A stretch of DNA of 64,000 bases, taken from an uncultured Planctomycetia bacterium. GTDB taxonomy: Bacteria > Omnitrophota > Gorgyraeia > Duberdicusellales > 4484-171. The stretch is taken from contig CAZVQU010000002.1 in the NCBI GenBank assembly GCA_964629655.1, forward strand, positions 162,814 through 226,813, written 5' to 3'. This document shows positions 18,101 to 27,095 of the stretch, in pieces. Within the stretch, counting starts at the first letter, position 1, and every line of letters starts with the position of its first letter. The translations under genes and the position numbers were made by a program. The notes under the pieces are model-generated. The model was not told the DNA's origin and searched no databases. It saw only the letters and a program-made list of their open reading frames with translations.

Positions 18101-18343
18101 CTTTTTCATAACAGAGCTGCGGACCTTAATTTTTTCTAAAGCGGCAAGCTCAGCCTTATAGTCAAAAACTTTTTTCCTTAAGGATTGACTCTTATCGGTT
18201 AGGTCTACGATTCTCTTCTCGATAGCCCGGACTTGAACTTTTTCTTTAGTCTTTTTCCTGGCATCTTTGGCATCTTCGCTGTTTAAGGAGTAGACAACAA
18301 GGACTATAGCTGAAGCAATAAGTATCGAGGCAAAAATAATCAT
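15179..18343 (-). CDS. fusA: Elongation factor G paralogue with a ~360-aa N-terminal extension (TM anchor, coiled coil, K/E linker)
   Basis: From about aa 366: [73 protein letters not shown]-terminus [20 protein letters not shown] is hydrophobic. Confidence 0.9.
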   Translation of the reverse strand: MIIFASILIASAIVLVVYSLNSEDAKDARKKTKEKVQVRAIEKRIVDLTDKSQSLRKKVFDYKAELAALEKIKVRSSVMKKELENLKKKEAELREKDKQSKKWLTYQQKLLKKEKGPERELRKSLLDKEKQLEQEFTKNVNLKRDVSDAHREVKLLEGNIKSLKDERGALEKKIKSADERMVKVVGDLRAQKEEVAKLRKREKESGWVSKEEYNSLVEEKEELKQHLEISKKEVELRSKEIEAKDKERMRLAHQLKEQGIEPIVEVSIKQEKAKEEEEKKTAEVLPSEVKEEVLAAEVTKPQEVVEEKKEEKPKEEVKAEESKEKVKEKPKKRPEQSPERSEGEVPPKAGKEEPPLVRKNDLAKLRNIGIMAHIDAGKTTLTERILFYTGRSHKIGEVHDGAAQMDWMKQEQERGITITSAATTCIWGDYRVSIIDTPGHVDFTAEVERSLRVLDGAVAVFCAVGGVEPQSETVWRQSDKYEVPKIVFVNKMDRMGADFFAVLGSIEKELGANALALQIPIGAEENFKGVIDLITMKAYVYEDDTLGNDFKVEEIPQEYKDTCDKYRHTLLEKAAAEDSLLTEKYLKDEKSITEEELKKAIRKGAIARKIVPVLCGSAFKNKGVQSLLDAVTLYLPSPLDIPPIQGHDASDSENKLQRKPSDQEPFSALAFKIQADQHIGKLVYIRVYSGYLKAGTYIYNATKEKKERVGRIVQMHANQRENLDAVFTGDIAAVVGLSSTLTGDTLTNPESPIILESIEFSEPVISISIRPDSRSEQDKLSKGLAKLSEEDPTFKAHIDEETSETILSGMGELHLEIIVDRLKEEFKVSATVGQPKVAYKEAILNSITEEYKHIKQTGGRGQYGHVVIELSPNAPGEGFEFEDAITGGVIPRNYIPAVEKGIIEAMKQGPCAGYPVVDVKVKLVDGSYHDVDSSELAFKLTARSCFKSAFMKCDPVLLEPCMELEINAPDEYTSNLVGYVCSKRGKILGMETKGTQKTIMAEAPLSEMFGYATNMRSLSSGRANCSMHFKKYTQVPKEIAKRIIEEKEQAKKKD
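17294..17333. repeat. Short REP-like palindromic elements inside the EF-G linker
   Basis: CCCTGCCTTTGGCGGGA plus CCTTCACTACGCTCAGGA, similar to copies at 18861 and 33445; translated as [13 protein letters not shown]. Confidence 0.5.
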
Positions 18344-18371
18344 TATGTCTTAGAAAAGCTTATTCTGATTC

Positions 18372-18818
18372 TTAATCCCTGGCAATAGAACGAACGATAT
18401 CTTTCTTGGTGATTACTCCTACTAGTTTACCTGCCTCTGCCACTGGGCAGTAGTAACTAGCCTTCTCAATCATAGCTGTGGCAGCATCTTCAACGCTCGT
18501 CTCAGGGCTTAGGATAACAATGTCTTTTTCTAGAATATCAGCAACTTTAGTAGCAGTAACCTTTTTTATCTCTTCTTCGTACTTTTTCATCCCTAAGGTC
18601 AGAAATCCTAGGGAAATATGCAAAAATGTAGGCAAGTGGACCTTTTTGTCCTGAAAAATTACCCCTTCCTCTTGGACAATGCCCAATAAGACACCGTTAT
18701 TATCTACTACCGGAGCACCACTTATATTCTTTTCAATAAATAATTCTGCTAAGGCATGCACATTTGTAGCTGGGGTAACAGCAATCGGGTCTGTGGTCAT
18801 TATATCCTTTACCTGCAT
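18372..18818 (-). CDS. CBS-domain pair protein
   Basis: VKDIMT, ISGAPVVD..G.LLGIV, PVAEAGKLVGVITKKDI. Confidence 0.9.
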   Translation of the reverse strand: MQVKDIMTTDPIAVTPATNVHALAELFIEKNISGAPVVDNNGVLLGIVQEEGVIFQDKKVHLPTFLHISLGFLTLGMKKYEEEIKKVTATKVADILEKDIVILSPETSVEDAATAMIEKASYYCPVAEAGKLVGVITKKDIVRSIARD

Positions 18819-18836
18819 CTGGCCTCCTTTAATAAT

Positions 18837-18880
18837 CCCGAAAAGGTCGGGGGAATTAAACCCTGAACATCACCGAAGGG
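18837..18880. repeat. REP-like short palindromic repeat (intergenic)
   Basis: CCCGAAAAGGTCGGGG followed by CCCTGAACATCACCGAAGGG, similar to the reverse complement of the 33445 element. Confidence 0.45.
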
Positions 18881-18902
18881 CCTAAATTAATATTTACTTA
18901 AA

Positions 18903-18937
18903 ATTATATCACATATTTGCAGAAATTATGATATAAT
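18903..18937. promoter_or_regulatory. Back-to-back extended -10 promoters (TGATATAAT on each strand) for the divergent CBS and yqeY genes
   Basis: ATTATATCA at 18903-18911 and TGATATAAT at 18929-18937. Confidence 0.55.
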
Positions 18938-18946
18938 CTCTGCATT

Positions 18947-19393
18947 ATGCTGGAAGATAAGATTTACCAGGATTACACTCAGGCTCTTAGGGCTAAAGAT
19001 AGGCAAAAAATTGATTTCTTAAGCCTTATCCGGGCTGATATAAAAAATCAGGCTATTGACCTCAAAAAAGATAAGCTTGAGGATGCAGAAGTCTTGGCAG
19101 TATTGAAAAAAGCCCAGAAAAAGCTTCAAGATGCTAAAGAAAGCATTGCTAAATCTGAACGTACTGATCTCCTCGAAGGCCTAGAGAAAGAACTTGCTAT
19201 CGTAGGAGAATATCTGCCTAAACCTCTCGAAGATGCTCAAATTCTAGAAATTGTTAATACAGTAATAAGTGAGCTTTCAGCCTCTTCAATGAAAGATATG
19301 GGCAAAGTCATGAAAGAAACCTTAGCCAGGGTAGGTGTTCGAGCTGATTCCAAAAAGGTAAGTCGCCTGGTTAAAGAAAAACTCTCCTCTTAA
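18947..19393 (+). CDS. yqeY: GatB/YqeY domain protein
   Basis: ALRAKD..KIDFLSLIRADIKN, YLPKPL, KDMGKVM. Confidence 0.88.
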   Translation: MLEDKIYQDYTQALRAKDRQKIDFLSLIRADIKNQAIDLKKDKLEDAEVLAVLKKAQKKLQDAKESIAKSERTDLLEGLEKELAIVGEYLPKPLEDAQILEIVNTVISELSASSMKDMGKVMKETLARVGVRADSKKVSRLVKEKLSS

Positions 19394-19412
19394 ACTAATC
19401 TTTATTTAAATT

Positions 19413-19709
19413 TTAAGAAGCTAAATCCTTAAAGAGTTCTTCTACGAATTCAACTACAGGGTGGGTATTTTTTTCTTTCGCCTTGGCAATAAGGTAGGCT
19501 AACTTCTGAGGCTGCTCTATCTCCTTGCGTATCTTATCCAAGTCAAAATCAACCTCTTGGTCAAAGTATTTAACTAAATCAATAAGAAAGTCGTCGCAGG
19601 TATATCCGGTTTTATAGTCTCCTAGTTGACTCAACTTAAAACTTTTAGCTTGGCGCTGAAACCGGATTTCTCTACCTTCGCTGTCAAAGGCCTTCTTGTC
19701 ATCTTCCAT
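19413..19709 (-). CDS. Hypothetical protein
   Basis: 98-aa ORF filling the gap between neighbours; no recognisable motif. Confidence 0.6.
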   Translation of the reverse strand: MEDDKKAFDSEGREIRFQRQAKSFKLSQLGDYKTGYTCDDFLIDLVKYFDQEVDFDLDKIRKEIEQPQKLAYLIAKAKEKNTHPVVEFVEELFKDLAS

Positions 19710-19738
19710 CTTATTAAATCTTACCTAAAAAGGCTCTC

Positions 19739-19972
19739 TTACATCTTAGCTAAAGCTTCCTGAATCAAAGGCAAGATCCCTTCGGCTTCGTCTTTAGCTA
19801 AACGACCTAACTTAGTGAATCTATATTCACCTTCATTAGTTTGATTCTCTCGGGTAATCTGCAGCTTCTTAACTCCCTTATTGTAAGAGTAAACGCTGAC
19901 AGTAATCTTAGTTCCCTCACCCTCCCAAGCGCTAGAAAACAATTGTTCGTCTAAACTACCATCGTATGGCAT
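19739..19972 (-). CDS. Small hypothetical protein, possibly a PC4/Whirly-like nucleic-acid-binding fold
   Basis: SD AAGGAGG; beta-strand pattern KITVSVYSY..KKLQITREN..YRFTKLGRL followed by a C-terminal helix. The fold guess is weak. Confidence 0.55.
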   Translation of the reverse strand: MPYDGSLDEQLFSSAWEGEGTKITVSVYSYNKGVKKLQITRENQTNEGEYRFTKLGRLAKDEAEGILPLIQEALAKM

Positions 19973-20016
19973 ATGCCCTCCTTTATTATCCTAAGCCAGT
20001 AAAATCACTTTCTTAT

Positions 20017-20044
20017 ATTCTAACCAAAGACTTTTCCTTGTCAA
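20017..20044 (-). promoter_or_regulatory. Sigma70-type promoter for the 77-aa gene
   Basis: TTGACA-16 nt-TAGAAT on the minus strand. Confidence 0.5.
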
Positions 20045-20060
20045 GGTTATCTAGGAATTG

Positions 20061-20777
20061 CTAACAGCTAGGACGAGTAAGATGTTTTTCTACGAATTCG
20101 GCAATTTTCTCTTGTTTCTCAGGAGTTATGTTGTGAAATTCTAAACCCATCCCTGGATAATCCTCAGACTGAATCTCTTCATCAGCTAGCCAAACCACCT
20201 TAACATCAGCTTCTATGGTTCCTGTCTGAGGTTGAAGATCCATCCGGGTAACTAATAACTCTCCTATCGAGAATATCTTGTTGCTAACTATAAATACTCC
20301 TTCGGCGCTTAAATTTACTATTTTACCCTCATGGAATGGTTCATCCTTAAGAAGTTTTTGTCTGTATTCAATAGCAGTATCAAAAGGTATCCGCTCGAAC
20401 CTCCTTCTTAAAGGATCCTGAGCTAAACGTTCCATCTCTCGCTCATGCTTAATCGCTTCTAAGGCTTGCTCTTCGCTAATATGAAATTTAAAGATTCTAT
20501 CCATGCCAACAATTGAGAATAGCCTCATTACATGCGAAGGAACATTATATAACTCAATTTTTCCCTTATGGTTTAAGACATTCTTATATATAACTGAAAT
20601 CAAAGACACTCCTACGTAATCGACTAAGTTTACGCTTTCAAAATTACAAATTATATCTTTAGCCTGGTGGTTGAGAACCCATCCTACAGTCTCAACAAAA
20701 TCTGAGGCATCAATACCAATGCTACCTTCTAACTCTAAGATTGCTACCCCTTCTTTTATTTTAATCTTAATTCTCAT
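20061..20777 (-). CDS. STAS (anti-sigma antagonist-like) - PilZ fusion protein
   Basis: N-terminal STAS pattern (ILELEGSI...VNLVDYVG...LFSIVGMDRIF); PilZ motifs RRRFER and NLSAEG, plus KVVW and GMGLEF. Confidence 0.85.
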   Translation of the reverse strand: MRIKIKIKEGVAILELEGSIGIDASDFVETVGWVLNHQAKDIICNFESVNLVDYVGVSLISVIYKNVLNHKGKIELYNVPSHVMRLFSIVGMDRIFKFHISEEQALEAIKHEREMERLAQDPLRRRFERIPFDTAIEYRQKLLKDEPFHEGKIVNLSAEGVFIVSNKIFSIGELLVTRMDLQPQTGTIEADVKVVWLADEEIQSEDYPGMGLEFHNITPEKQEKIAEFVEKHLTRPSC

Positions 20778-21529
20778 ACGATTAGAGTAAGTAACGCCAG
20801 CAATAAACAGTAGTAAGCGAAGTTCTTAAACCTCCTGCTTATTAAAGTTCTTTTAACTAAACTCAAAGCGATTAATCCGAAAACAAAAGCAACTATGAAT
20901 CCCAAACCCATATTTTTCAAAGCAAAATTAGGCGAAGCCATCTCCTTAGAGATACTCTGGCCCAATCCTTTAAACTCAATAAAAAAAGCACCGACGATAA
21001 GAGGAATTGCCATTAAAAAAGAAAGAATAAAAGCTTCGCTACGTTTAAAACCTCTTCTTAATAACCCGACAATAGTGATACCAGAACGGGATACTCCCGG
21101 TAAGGGAGAAAGTCCCTGCAAAAGCCCTAAGAAAAGAATATCTTTGAACTTTATACTACCAATATCTCTTTGGCCCGAAGAAGGCCGAATACTAAGCAAT
21201 ATTCCGGCATTAGCTAGAAAACAAAAAGTCAGCATGAGGGTAGTGTCGAAGAGCTCCTTAAGATAAAATCTAATCCCTAACCCCATAATCCCGCTTATTA
21301 AGGTTATTAGGAGAATGCTCAGTAGAATCCTCACTTTACAAAATAGTTTAATCTTCTTGAAAAAAAAGACAATTATAGCCAGGAGTGTTGCTAAGTGTAG
21401 AAAAACAAAAAAGGGAAGATGATCTCCCCTTATTCTTAGTAATTTTTGTATGAGAAATAAATGGCCGGAGCTGCTTATCGGCAGGAATTCAGTTACCCCC
21501 TGCACAATACCAAGAAATATCAATTTCAC
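20774..21529 (-). CDS. uppP: Undecaprenyl-diphosphate phosphatase
   Basis: QGVTEFLPISSSGHL, PGVSRSG.TI, SFLMAIP. Confidence 0.93.
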   Translation of the reverse strand: MKLIFLGIVQGVTEFLPISSSGHLFLIQKLLRIRGDHLPFFVFLHLATLLAIIVFFFKKIKLFCKVRILLSILLITLISGIMGLGIRFYLKELFDTTLMLTFCFLANAGILLSIRPSSGQRDIGSIKFKDILFLGLLQGLSPLPGVSRSGITIVGLLRRGFKRSEAFILSFLMAIPLIVGAFFIEFKGLGQSISKEMASPNFALKNMGLGFIVAFVFGLIALSLVKRTLISRRFKNFAYYCLLLALLTLIV

Positions 21530-21533
21530 TGGA

Positions 21534-22898
21534 TTAACCCTTTAAAAGAAGATAGCCTAGAAATCCCAAAACACCCAAACCAACGACTACGCATAAGTAC
21601 TCCAGAAAACCTGAATCATTCTTCTCTAATGGCGCCCCGTCAAGAGAATAAGATGTCTCTCCTGACGACTCCTGGCTCTCTTCAGCTTCCTCTAAAGGTA
21701 TTTCTTTTTCTTTCGACGCCGGTTCTTCCAATCCCTCTTCTTCAAGTTCTATAGCGGCTTCTGGTGAAGGTTCGGGCACCTCTTCGGCTTTTTTTACTTC
21801 CTTCTTTTCTTCTATTACCTCTTCCACCTTTTCCTCTTCCAAGGAAAGCTCTGCTTTCTCTTCCAAGGGAGGTTCGGCCTTGGCTTCTTCCTTATCCTGA
21901 ATGACAACAGGCTCTGCCTCTTGGGGTTTCTCTCCGGGGTCTCCCTTGCCTAGCTCAGGTTTTCCTAAGATATCATCAACCTTATCCAAAGAAGCTTCGA
22001 TGTCCTCTCCGGGGAAATACTCTATATCTTCTTCCTTCTCGCTTTCATCCTTCGGCTTCACTTCCAAGGACTCCCCTTGGCTTTGGTCCTCTTTAAGAGG
22101 AACTTGCTCTTCTCTAATCTCAGGAGTTTGCTCCGGTTGTTCTTCCTCTATCTCTCTGACTTCAGAAACTGGTATTTCTTCTTCCTTTATTTCTTCCGTT
22201 GCTTCTTCAGCCTTCTTCTCTTCCAAGGGAGGTTCGACCTTGGCTTCTTCCTTATCCTGAATGACAACAGGCTCTGCCTCCTGGGGTTTATCTCCGGGGT
22301 CTCCCTTGCCTAGCTCAGGTTTTCCTAAGATATCATCAACCTTATCCAAAGAAGCTTCGATGTCCTCTCCGGGGAAATACTCTATATCTTCTTCCTTCTC
22401 GCTTTCATCCTTCGGCTTCACTTCCAAGGACTCCCCTTGGCTTTGGTCCTCTTTAAGAGGAACTTGCTCTTCTCTAATCTCAGGAGTTTGCTCCGGTTGT
22501 TCTTCCTCTATCTCTCTGACTTCAGAAACTGGTATTTCTTCTTCCTTTATTTCTTCCGTTGCTTCTTCAGCCTTCTTCTCTTCCAAGGGAGGTTCGACCT
22601 TGGCTTCTTCCTTATCCTGAATGACAACAGGCTCTGCCTCCTGGGGTTTATCTTCCTCAAGAGAAGGCTTCGCCTCCTCTTTTACCTTTTCCTCTTCCGG
22701 AGAGAGAGATTCTGGCTGCGCTTGGGCAGAAACCTCTGCTGCTTCTTCAACTTCTGAAACTTTATCCATTAACTCGCCTAAAACTGTGCGGCAATCATGG
22801 CAAACGCAAAGATGCTCCTCTACCGTTTGGATTTCTTCCTCACTGGCAGTATGCTGGAAGTACCTAGGAATTACTCTCTTAATCTCTTCGCACTCCAT
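21534..22898 (-). CDS. zf-HC2 (anti-sigma-like zinc finger) protein with a long acidic repeat region and C-terminal TM anchor
   Basis: MECEEIK...EEHLCVCHDC (HxxxCxxC); E/P/K-rich body; terminal YLCVVVGLGVLGFLGYLLLKG. ATG at 22898 is preferred over TTG at 22901. Confidence 0.8.
   Translation of the reverse strand: MECEEIKRVIPRYFQHTASEEEIQTVEEHLCVCHDCRTVLGELMDKVSEVEEAAEVSAQAQPESLSPEEEKVKEEAKPSLEEDKPQEAEPVVIQDKEEAKVEPPLEEKKAEEATEEIKEEEIPVSEVREIEEEQPEQTPEIREEQVPLKEDQSQGESLEVKPKDESEKEEDIEYFPGEDIEASLDKVDDILGKPELGKGDPGDKPQEAEPVVIQDKEEAKVEPPLEEKKAEEATEEIKEEEIPVSEVREIEEEQPEQTPEIREEQVPLKEDQSQGESLEVKPKDESEKEEDIEYFPGEDIEASLDKVDDILGKPELGKGDPGEKPQEAEPVVIQDKEEAKAEPPLEEKAELSLEEEKVEEVIEEKKEVKKAEEVPEPSPEAAIELEEEGLEEPASKEKEIPLEEAEESQESSGETSYSLDGAPLEKNDSGFLEYLCVVVGLGVLGFLGYLLLKG
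21856..22653. repeat. 360-bp in-frame tandem duplication (~2.2 units, A-B-A-B-A')
   Basis: Lines 21961-22260 and 22321-22620 are identical as read; the few differences lie in the leftmost partial unit. Confidence 0.95.
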
Positions 22899-22979
22899 CA
22901 AAAATATTATATCAAAGACAACGAATATTACAAGACGATAATTCCTACGATTTTTAAAAAAGGCAAAAAAGAGGGGTTT

Positions 22980-23648
22980 TCAGAGTGGTATTAAGTCGCA
23001 ATAATAAAAACGTTCATCCCGCAAGATGACTTCACCTAATTTATAAGGTATTTTTTCTTTGAATATCGGGCCATCATAAACAAAAGAGTGAAATTCGCCA
23101 TTCTCACCGCAGGGATCAATACTCACTGGAAGTTGAGATAGAAAATCCTGGTCAAATTCTCTACCCACGAACTCCTTTCCCAGAATTCTTGAATCAACGC
23201 AAGTGATAACCGCTTTAAAGCCTGAGGCTATGAAACTTTGAGCAAGAGATTTGGTATTTCTCTGCCACAAAGGAAAAATTGCCTTCAAACCTACTTTTGA
23301 TAGCTTATCCTCGCGATATTTGCGAATATCCTCTAAGAATATATCGCCAAAAGCTACTTGGAAAGCGCCGCTTTGCTTACATTCCTCTAAGGCCTTGCGC
23401 ATTTTTGTTTCATATTCCTGACTAGACCGGGCCTTTGAGATAAGTACTTTTTTCAGCTCAATCCCGATTGATACAGCTTGCTTCTCCAACAATGCTTCCC
23501 GGACACCATGCATGCTAATTCTACCGTAATCGTTAGTTACAGTTGTCAGGAGGGAAAAAATATCATAGTTTCCGCTTTTTTGGGCCTCATAGAAAGCCAT
23601 GGCACTGTCTTTACCACTACTCCAACAAAATAATATTCTTTGTTTCAT
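22980..23648 (-). CDS. DUF71/Dph6-like PP-loop ATP pyrophosphatase
   Basis: WSSGKDS, MHGVR, AFGDIFL, FPLW, DPCGENGEFHSFVYDGPIF. Confidence 0.88.
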   Translation of the reverse strand: MKQRILFCWSSGKDSAMAFYEAQKSGNYDIFSLLTTVTNDYGRISMHGVREALLEKQAVSIGIELKKVLISKARSSQEYETKMRKALEECKQSGAFQVAFGDIFLEDIRKYREDKLSKVGLKAIFPLWQRNTKSLAQSFIASGFKAVITCVDSRILGKEFVGREFDQDFLSQLPVSIDPCGENGEFHSFVYDGPIFKEKIPYKLGEVILRDERFYYCDLIPL

Positions 23649-23672
23649 TTACGGTTTTAAGAATAACTTAAT

Positions 23673-25541
23673 CTAAAACGTATATTTTGCCCCCAGATAC
23701 CAGGAAAATTTAGGAGTCTGGTAACCATTTGCAAGTTCATAATCATCGCTAAGAATATTTTCGAATCTTAAAAATGTATTGAGCTTATCATTTACTTTAT
23801 AATTAAAATCAACACCGCCTAAAATGTATGATTTCAATTTTACGTTAGATGAATCCATCCTGTTGCCCACGTAAGAAACATTAGCAGATATATCTAATTT
23901 TTTAAAGGCAGTTTTTATTTTACAGGTTACCTTACTGTTTGGCCTGCGAGTAAGCCGTGTTCCATCGGATAATTTTTCTGTATCCATATGGGCGTAGGCT
24001 ACAGTTAAAGTTGTATTATCGCCAAGCAAATATTCAGCAAAGCTCTCAATACCGTAAATTCTTGCTTTTCCAGTATTTTTATACTCCCCAGCCCAAAGAC
24101 CGGTTGAAACCCATTCTATAGAATTTTTAATATGGGTATGAAAATAAGTTGAGCCAAGGATTAAATACTCACCTAGCTCTTGCTCAAAGCCTGCTTCATA
24201 ACTTTCTGACTCTTCGGGATTCAAATTTTCATTTCCATAACTACCATTAAAAAGTTGATAGAGTGACGGGGCCTTAAATCCTTCTCCAAAAGAACCTTTT
24301 AGTTTTGTACCAGTCCCTTCTATGGAATAACTCCCTGAGAGGCTAAAAGTATTATGTCTGTTAAATTGTGAGTGATCTTCCAAACGGAAAGATGCAGCGA
24401 GAAATAGATTGTCAATAGGCGTAAAAATGTTTTCTATATAATATCCTTTAGTATTCGCTGTCGTCTTTGGGCCAAGAGAAATTCCAAAAGCGCTATCCCT
24501 ACGACTTTCGCCAAGTTCTCTTAGATAATCAAAGCCAAAAACAATCTGGTCAAAATCACAAAGTTGGTAATCTCCCTGCCATTTTGCTTGATAAGTTTTA
24601 CCATTATTCCACCCATGTGTTGTCGCGCTTTGCCAATCCTTCCGATAAGTTCGTGTATACCCAAAAATTGCCTTGTAAGAAAAACGGTCCGATAATTGAT
24701 GTTTTAAATTTATTCCTCCAACTCCTTGGTAAAAATATGCATAATTGTCGCCATCATCCGTAGGTAAATAAGGAGGGATCCCACTATTTGCGTCGTATTC
24801 GTACTTAGCATACGTATAATCCACAAGCAATCCCACATCAATATCGTTAGTTAGTATATAATCAAGCCTTAACGAAGAATTCAAATTATAGTAGGGATCC
24901 TTTTCATGATTTCCGTCTTTATATTTGCTAGAATAAAACCCATTCACGTCAGCTCTTGATACAGACAAAGAATAGCTTAGTTTATCTATCTCACCCTGGG
25001 AGGAAAGCTTTTCGCGATAAGTTTGGTAACTTCCAAATTCTTGGGTATACGAGAGAGTCGGTTTACCCTGACCTTTACGCGTTATAAGGCTGACGGTTCC
25101 GCCAATGGAATCTGAACCATACAAAGAGCTATAAGGGCCCTTTGATACTTCTATTGTCTCAAGATTATCAAGTGACATATAGGTATACCCATAAAAATAA
25201 GCCGCGGTAACAATCGGATCGTATAATTTTATGCCATCAAGCAAAACCTGGGTATGCTCAGAATCAGCACCTCTTATGAAAACTCCGGTAATCCCGCCTA
25301 CTCCTCCGGAAGTGGAATAGCTTACGCTAGGAATACCCTTTATCGCGTCGGTTAAAGTAAAAACCCCCTTGTCATTTAACCCTTCGGCCGAAATCACATC
25401 GGTTGACGAAGGATCCTGGGAAACGCTTACCCCTATCCTGTAAGGGGTAACTACAATTCCTTCTAACTCAATTGCTTCTTGAGCACTACAAAGCTGAACC
25501 GGGATAATTCCTAAAAGAAGAATAAGAAACTTTTTAATCAT
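23673..25541 (-). CDS. btuB: TonB-dependent outer-membrane receptor, BtuB-like
   Basis: Signal peptide, TonB-box-like EGIVVT, plug FIRG and IEVSKGPYSSLYGSDSIGG, FKAPSLYQL, LNPEES, C-terminal YTF; lies in a B12-riboswitch operon. Confidence 0.85.
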   Translation of the reverse strand: MIKKFLILLLGIIPVQLCSAQEAIELEGIVVTPYRIGVSVSQDPSSTDVISAEGLNDKGVFTLTDAIKGIPSVSYSTSGGVGGITGVFIRGADSEHTQVLLDGIKLYDPIVTAAYFYGYTYMSLDNLETIEVSKGPYSSLYGSDSIGGTVSLITRKGQGKPTLSYTQEFGSYQTYREKLSSQGEIDKLSYSLSVSRADVNGFYSSKYKDGNHEKDPYYNLNSSLRLDYILTNDIDVGLLVDYTYAKYEYDANSGIPPYLPTDDGDNYAYFYQGVGGINLKHQLSDRFSYKAIFGYTRTYRKDWQSATTHGWNNGKTYQAKWQGDYQLCDFDQIVFGFDYLRELGESRRDSAFGISLGPKTTANTKGYYIENIFTPIDNLFLAASFRLEDHSQFNRHNTFSLSGSYSIEGTGTKLKGSFGEGFKAPSLYQLFNGSYGNENLNPEESESYEAGFEQELGEYLILGSTYFHTHIKNSIEWVSTGLWAGEYKNTGKARIYGIESFAEYLLGDNTTLTVAYAHMDTEKLSDGTRLTRRPNSKVTCKIKTAFKKLDISANVSYVGNRMDSSNVKLKSYILGGVDFNYKVNDKLNTFLRFENILSDDYELANGYQTPKFSWYLGAKYTF

Positions 25542-25593
25542 ACCTGCCTCCGCTTAAATTGTGATTAACCTACCAGTATAATTTCACTCAGAC

Positions 25594-26307
25594 TTAAGAA
25601 ACGTCTATGAACCAATAACCGTCTTTTAAAACCTTTTGTTTTATCTCCAGATGCAGCGGCGAAGTAAAAATCGGACCGTCAGTAACAACACTATGAAACT
25701 CTCCGTTTTCACCACAGATATCAACACCGGCGACTTCCAACTGGTTAATTAAATCAGTGTCTATGTTTTTGCCTAAAAATCTTCTATCTAAAGAGTTTTC
25801 TTTAACAGCAATGATTGTAGCCTTAAATCCATCTTTGAGAAACTGCTTTAGAATCAAACCACGGGGTTTCTGCCAAAGAGGATGGTAGGCCTTAACCTGG
25901 GAATAAGAACATGCCTTTTCTACCCACTGACGGTGAGATTCGATATCGATGTCACCGAAAACACCGGTTTTAATTCCCTGCTCTTTGAGTTTGCCAAGGG
26001 CTGAGATGAAAACTGTCTCATAATTTATCCAGGAAGCAGCATGAAAAATCACCGGAATACCTAAAGCTGCCGCTTGCTTCTTAATCAGCCTAGTGCTTAA
26101 GCCATGAGACCGGGACCGCTTGCCGTCTTCAGTCAACATTGTTAAGAGCAGAGCCGGTTTGCCCCATTTTTTGATTGCATAATGCAGAGCCAGGCAACAA
26201 TCCTTTCCGCCACTCCATGAGCAGAAAAAAGAACGGCCTTTAGTTGGCCTTCTGCTCTTTTTAGCGATATCCTTTGTTTTACACAGAGTTAATTTTGCTA
26301 ACATCAT
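25594..26307 (-). CDS. DUF71/Dph6-like PP-loop ATP pyrophosphatase (second copy)
   Basis: SWSGGKDC, SRSHG, VFGDID, HPLW, DICGENGEFHSVVTDGPIF. Confidence 0.88.
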   Translation of the reverse strand: MMLAKLTLCKTKDIAKKSRRPTKGRSFFCSWSGGKDCCLALHYAIKKWGKPALLLTMLTEDGKRSRSHGLSTRLIKKQAAALGIPVIFHAASWINYETVFISALGKLKEQGIKTGVFGDIDIESHRQWVEKACSYSQVKAYHPLWQKPRGLILKQFLKDGFKATIIAVKENSLDRRFLGKNIDTDLINQLEVAGVDICGENGEFHSVVTDGPIFTSPLHLEIKQKVLKDGYWFIDVS

Positions 26308-27092
26308 TTTCCCTTAGAAACTAGTATTACGTAAGGCTTGGCAGAAATAGGATTTTCTTTCACTACCACAACAGTCTTGTACACAGATTCGATATTCTGA
26401 TAAGTCAGAACCGAAGCAGGTTCGCCATCCTTAAATATCTCTCCCTGATTAAGCAAAATAAGCCGGTTGCAATATTCACTAGCTAAATTTAAATCATGCA
26501 TAACTAAAATTATAGTAAGTTTGGTCTCCTGATTCAGTCTTTTTAATAAATCCAATATCTGTATCTTGTGCCCAATATCTAAGTGCGAAGTAGGCTCATC
26601 CAATAACAAGAGAATCGGCTCTTGGGCTAGAGCCTTAGCAATAATAACCCTCTGACGCTCTCCGGCGCTTAACTGATTTATTTGTTTAGCTTCCAGATGC
26701 AGTGAATCTGTCGACGAAAGAGCTTTCTTGGCAATTGCTAAATCTTTACTACTCTCAAATTGAAGCCTCTTAAGATGGGGGGTTCTCCCCAAAAGTGCAA
26801 TCTCCCAAACAGTAAATGAGAAATTAATCAAAGTCTCTTGAGGAACAAAGGCAATTTTCCGGCAAAGTTCTTTAAGCTTTATCTTACTTATATCTTTATC
26901 CTCAAAAACCACGCTTCCCCCCCGAGGGCAGAGAGCCTTGCTAATCAACTTAAGCAAGGTAGATTTACCTGAGCCGTTAGGGCCGATTATTCCTAAAAAA
27001 TCACCTTTCCCTACCTCAAACGAAACATCATTTATTACCAATTTTTGATCGTAGGCTCCGGATAAATTATCTACTTTTAGCAAAATGCTCAT
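26304..27092 (-). CDS. btuD: Cobalamin/iron-siderophore ABC transporter ATPase (BtuD-like)
   Basis: GPNGSGKS, LSAGERQR, LLLDEPTSHLD, HDLNLA. Confidence 0.88.
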   Translation of the reverse strand: MSILLKVDNLSGAYDQKLVINDVSFEVGKGDFLGIIGPNGSGKSTLLKLISKALCPRGGSVVFEDKDISKIKLKELCRKIAFVPQETLINFSFTVWEIALLGRTPHLKRLQFESSKDLAIAKKALSSTDSLHLEAKQINQLSAGERQRVIIAKALAQEPILLLLDEPTSHLDIGHKIQILDLLKRLNQETKLTIILVMHDLNLASEYCNRLILLNQGEIFKDGEPASVLTYQNIESVYKTVVVVKENPISAKPYVILVSKGK

Positions 27093-27095
27093 AGA

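Noticed and set aside
21856-22653. CRISPR array or mobile element
   Set aside because: The unit is 360 bp, in frame within a CDS, with no unique spacers, terminal repeats or cas/transposase genes.
15179-26307. Diphthamide-like modification of the unusual EF-G by the Dph6-like genes
   Set aside because: No dph2/dph5 is present, and the DUF71 genes lie in a separate B12-riboswitch operon, which fits corrinoid salvage better.
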